This document shows, one piece after another, positions 61,013-64,000 of a DNA stretch of 64,000 bases (positions within the stretch are counted from its first letter, which is position 1; each line of letters begins with the position of its first letter). Source of the stretch: Eukaryota sp. TZLM1-RC (lineage: Eukaryota > Protista > Metamonada: BaSk clade). Location: assembly GCA_040285825.1 (NCBI GenBank), contig JAUPSS010000001.1, positions 1,116,001 through 1,180,000 of the forward strand, written 5' to 3'. A model generated the notes under the pieces. The model was not told the origin of the DNA, ran no database searches, and was given only the letters and a program-made list of their open reading frames with translations. Both the position numbers and the translations under genes were made by a program.

Positions 61013-61135
61013 ATAGGGAACGTGAGCATACAGAAACAAAAACTTTTGAGACCGATCTACAAATACCCTAGTAGCATTTGGTAGATCCACTTAGATACAT
61101 CAAGTCGCGAGGCTTTGTTCTGTGAATGCAGTAGG
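61013..61135 (+). ncRNA. Candidate Fanzor omegaRNA scaffold
   Basis: Outer stem GCATACAGAAACAAA (61026-61040) / TTTGTTCTGTGAATGC (61114-61129); inner stem GATCTACAAAT / ATTTGGTAGATC (61054-61087); directly 3' of the Fanzor stop. Confidence 0.45.
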
Positions 61136-61768
61136 TGTATTTAAGTGAGGTAGCCCATTGATGAAGATCAAGTTGTCTTTGTCAAATGATGCTACATGTC
61201 TCTTACAGCCTGTGAGTAGACATTGAGAAAGTTGAAAACAGGAGTGAATTTCACAGGGGAATGCATGATAAGTGAAATTCACAGTTAGATGAACTCTTTT
61301 TTTTCTCAATTATTCTTCACTCCAATAAATGTCCTCCCTCTTCTACAAATCAAAAGATGATTGAAATAGTTCTATGCATTCATATGCCCACAAATAGTGA
61401 ATACCTTGATGTGGTTCCAGATCAAGAGGTAAAATGCAAGTCAAATACGATATGTAGGTCCTACTTATTATTTAATGAAAATCTATGGTTTTGTTCTAAA
61501 AAAGTTTTAATATAGAAAAATTTCTAAATCATTAAATACAACAATTACTACTTGAAATAAACCTTAACCACTGTCTTTTACTATTTTAAATCCTGATTTC
61601 AACCAATTTGTACCATAGCTTAACCTCTCAAGATTACTGCTTGGTTTTTTAGTAAAATTCGTTGGCATTTCACAGGAACTCATGCTGATAAAAATGATCA
61701 TGAAACATATAAAAATCACATATTATGAACACCAATCAAAACGAAGATTTATTCACCAAATAAAACAA

Positions 61769-63142
61769 TTATTTCTTGAAAAATCCACGCAAAATTCCCT
61801 TTTCTTTCTTTTCTTTTTTCTGCAAATCAGCAATCTTATCATCTAATTCGGGAAAATCAACACAATTGTAAACCAAATCCAAAACAAAAGGTTTGGCATG
61901 TACAACTTCCAATTTTGGGGGGTAATCAGCAATGTTACTATTCTTAGTAACACAATCAAAATAAGATTGGTGATTTTTCGACCCTATAATCGCGTCAGCA
62001 ACAGTACTATACTGTAAAGACTTAGCCTGTGAGTTCACCAAAACTACCCAATTTTTCAATTGTTGCATAAACTCCACGTTCCCCACCATTAATTCATCAA
62101 TCAAAATGATTGATTGACTGAGATAACGATAACTCTTCCCGTACAACTCAGCAGCCGTATTGAACTGTAAGGCCTTGCTGAAAGAGAGAGCACTGTAGAA
62201 AACTCTTAAAGATCTGAAACAAGAACCTAAAACATTACCCAACTCCTCTTCCAACGGTTCACAATTAGAGATCAAAATTTCCAAAAGTCTGACCAGTTCT
62301 GTTGACTTTGCTTGACCAGCTTCTACTTCTTTCTTCTTTAACAAAGCCATAACAAGATTTCTATGCAAAACACGGTTTGCCTTCTCGTTATGAACGTATT
62401 CAAAAGCCTTGTTAAAAGATTCTCTCGTCTCTTCATCAATAGAACCCTGAACACTTCGCAAGGCATCTTCCGTCTCGCCCAAGCACATTAACAAAGGTTG
62501 AAAGACACCAACAATTTCTTCTTCTGTTTTAGATTCTAAATTATTAATATTAACATTGAGCACCTTCAAAGCTTCGTTAATCCCCATGATAGCTCTTATC
62601 AAGGTAGGTGACGCTGGTAGGATTAGATTAATGGCCATTTGATCTTGACCAAGAGAGACTGTCACGTGACCAGTGACGTCAGCTTGTTTCTCCATAGCAA
62701 GAGCGTGTTCAAGTTGAAGATGATATTGTTTGGCGAGTTGCTTGGCCTTCTCGCTTCCTTTATGCTCTATGAGTTCAGCAAGAAGAGAGGAATGTTTGAC
62801 GGCCTTAGAGAGACGTGATAGAGCATGATGCATCACCTTGGTTGATTTTTGGCTAGCAGCTTCTTGCTTGAGATACATTGCGTGTGACCAGGCACGTTCT
62901 GCTTCTAAAAGTTTGATAAGGAAGAATCTATCAGATCGGACATCATCGGGGGTGATAGTTTTGGGTTTTTGTTTACGAGGATGGGTGTGTTTGAGGGACT
63001 GGCGCAGACGGTGAAGACGACGGCTACAGTATTGTTGATAACGCTGGAAATCTCCCAAGGAAGCACCATATGTAGATTGCAACTCATGGACAATATCAAA
63101 TAAAGGAAAGTCAAAGAGTTGTGGGGAATCGGGAGGAGACAT
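61769..63142 (-). CDS. SRP68: Signal recognition particle subunit SRP68
   Basis: DFQRYQQYCSRRLHRLR, AERAWSHAMYLK, HHALSRLSKAVKH, YPPKLEVVHAKPFVLDL. Confidence 0.92.
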   Translation of the reverse strand: MSPPDSPQLFDFPLFDIVHELQSTYGASLGDFQRYQQYCSRRLHRLRQSLKHTHPRKQKPKTITPDDVRSDRFFLIKLLEAERAWSHAMYLKQEAASQKSTKVMHHALSRLSKAVKHSSLLAELIEHKGSEKAKQLAKQYHLQLEHALAMEKQADVTGHVTVSLGQDQMAINLILPASPTLIRAIMGINEALKVLNVNINNLESKTEEEIVGVFQPLLMCLGETEDALRSVQGSIDEETRESFNKAFEYVHNEKANRVLHRNLVMALLKKKEVEAGQAKSTELVRLLEILISNCEPLEEELGNVLGSCFRSLRVFYSALSFSKALQFNTAAELYGKSYRYLSQSIILIDELMVGNVEFMQQLKNWVVLVNSQAKSLQYSTVADAIIGSKNHQSYFDCVTKNSNIADYPPKLEVVHAKPFVLDLVYNCVDFPELDDKIADLQKKEKKEKGILRGFFKK

Positions 63143-64000
63143 TGACTACTGGTTGGCTGGAAGTACAATTTAATAAAGAGCAAATACAAATGTAGTCTTT
63201 TGGATTGAATGTGATTCCTGAGTGTTCATCACCCCATCAACATTTGCACAACGCACATCTTTTTTTCCATTTACACATCTCACCTTTATTTCTTAATTAA
63301 ATGCGTCTTGAAATCATGCCATCAGCCAAGCAGATCAAGATTTTGTTGAGGATATCATGGTTCAATAAATTTTGTCCAATTATTTATGAGGTTATTTTGT
63401 TGGGTTGGCGGCAAGTTTTATAAATCAAATCATGCCGTAAATTATTTCAATCAACATTCTTTTACTTTTATTACAATTCAACTGAATCTCGATGTTCTAA
63501 TATACCGAATCTGATCTCAGTTCAGGACTCAGAAGGAGAATATTGTAACTCGCCACAAAAAAATTGTAGAAGAAATAACAGGATAGTTCTTCTTATAAAA
63601 AACTTTGAAAATTTGGGGAAAGAATTGGTCTTCAAAATCTTCAATCTTTTTCATCTACTTCAAAGTTTAATTAAACTTCCTCTTAACCGCCACCTTTCTG
63701 CGTTTCTAATACATCACCAACAATCATACCTACAACCACTTTGTTTAAATTACAACTTTTATCATATATTTCGATCTACAAATCCTCTTGTCACTAGGTC
63801 TTTGACCCAGAAGTTCAATGAATTACGTGTAGTAGTTTTGTCACAATTACTTGGATGGAAAATGTTCCAAATTCCTGATCATGCTTATCTTAGTCCACAT
63901 TAAGGCGGTTTAGGTTGGATAAAGGCTTCTATTGTTTTTTCATGTGGTTTTATTGGTGGATGCAGAAATGTAATATTTGAGTGTTCTTAAAGATTTGAAG

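Noticed and set aside
58941-61300. Terminal inverted repeats or TSD around Fanzor B
   Set aside because: Only short partial matches (e.g. GAATTTCAC versus GGTTTTCAC), not distinguishable from chance

Overview
AT-rich eukaryotic DNA, probably from a flagellated protist: it carries CFAP206 and SRP68, and the LRR and RCC1 gene styles recall anaerobic metamonad-type genomes (taxon is inference only). Five host-type genes sit in a dense field of mobile elements: CFAP206, an RCC1-repeat/LRR gene, a RING-kinase-coiled-coil-LRR gene, a coiled-coil gene and SRP68. Mobile content: (i) three separate Fanzor1 (eukaryotic TnpB-like RNA-guided nuclease) loci. The one at 59056-61012 keeps all three RuvC acidic residues, is broken only by three homopolymer frameshifts and is followed by a nested hairpin (candidate omegaRNA). 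Two otherwise dissimilar Fanzor loci share a ~115-120 bp leader ending in the same ATG context. (ii) Many CRE-clade non-LTR retrotransposon (RT + restriction-like endonuclease, RLE) copies and fragments. (iii) Three Ty3/Gypsy elements, one with identical 79-bp LTRs nested in a CRE element. (iv) A hAT element with TIRs and an 8-bp TSD, plus MULE/SWIM, Ulp1-protease and PolB-exonuclease relics. The most striking structure is 30.4-44 kb. There a kinase-LRR gene built from 84-bp constant/variable modules is followed by four promoterless LRR cassettes, two with reshuffled module order. Each cassette is spaced by an RLE fragment and a tRNA-like Pol III element, and the whole block is bracketed by ~0.8 kb inverted repeats. 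All calls come from reading motifs by eye; no database searches were run.
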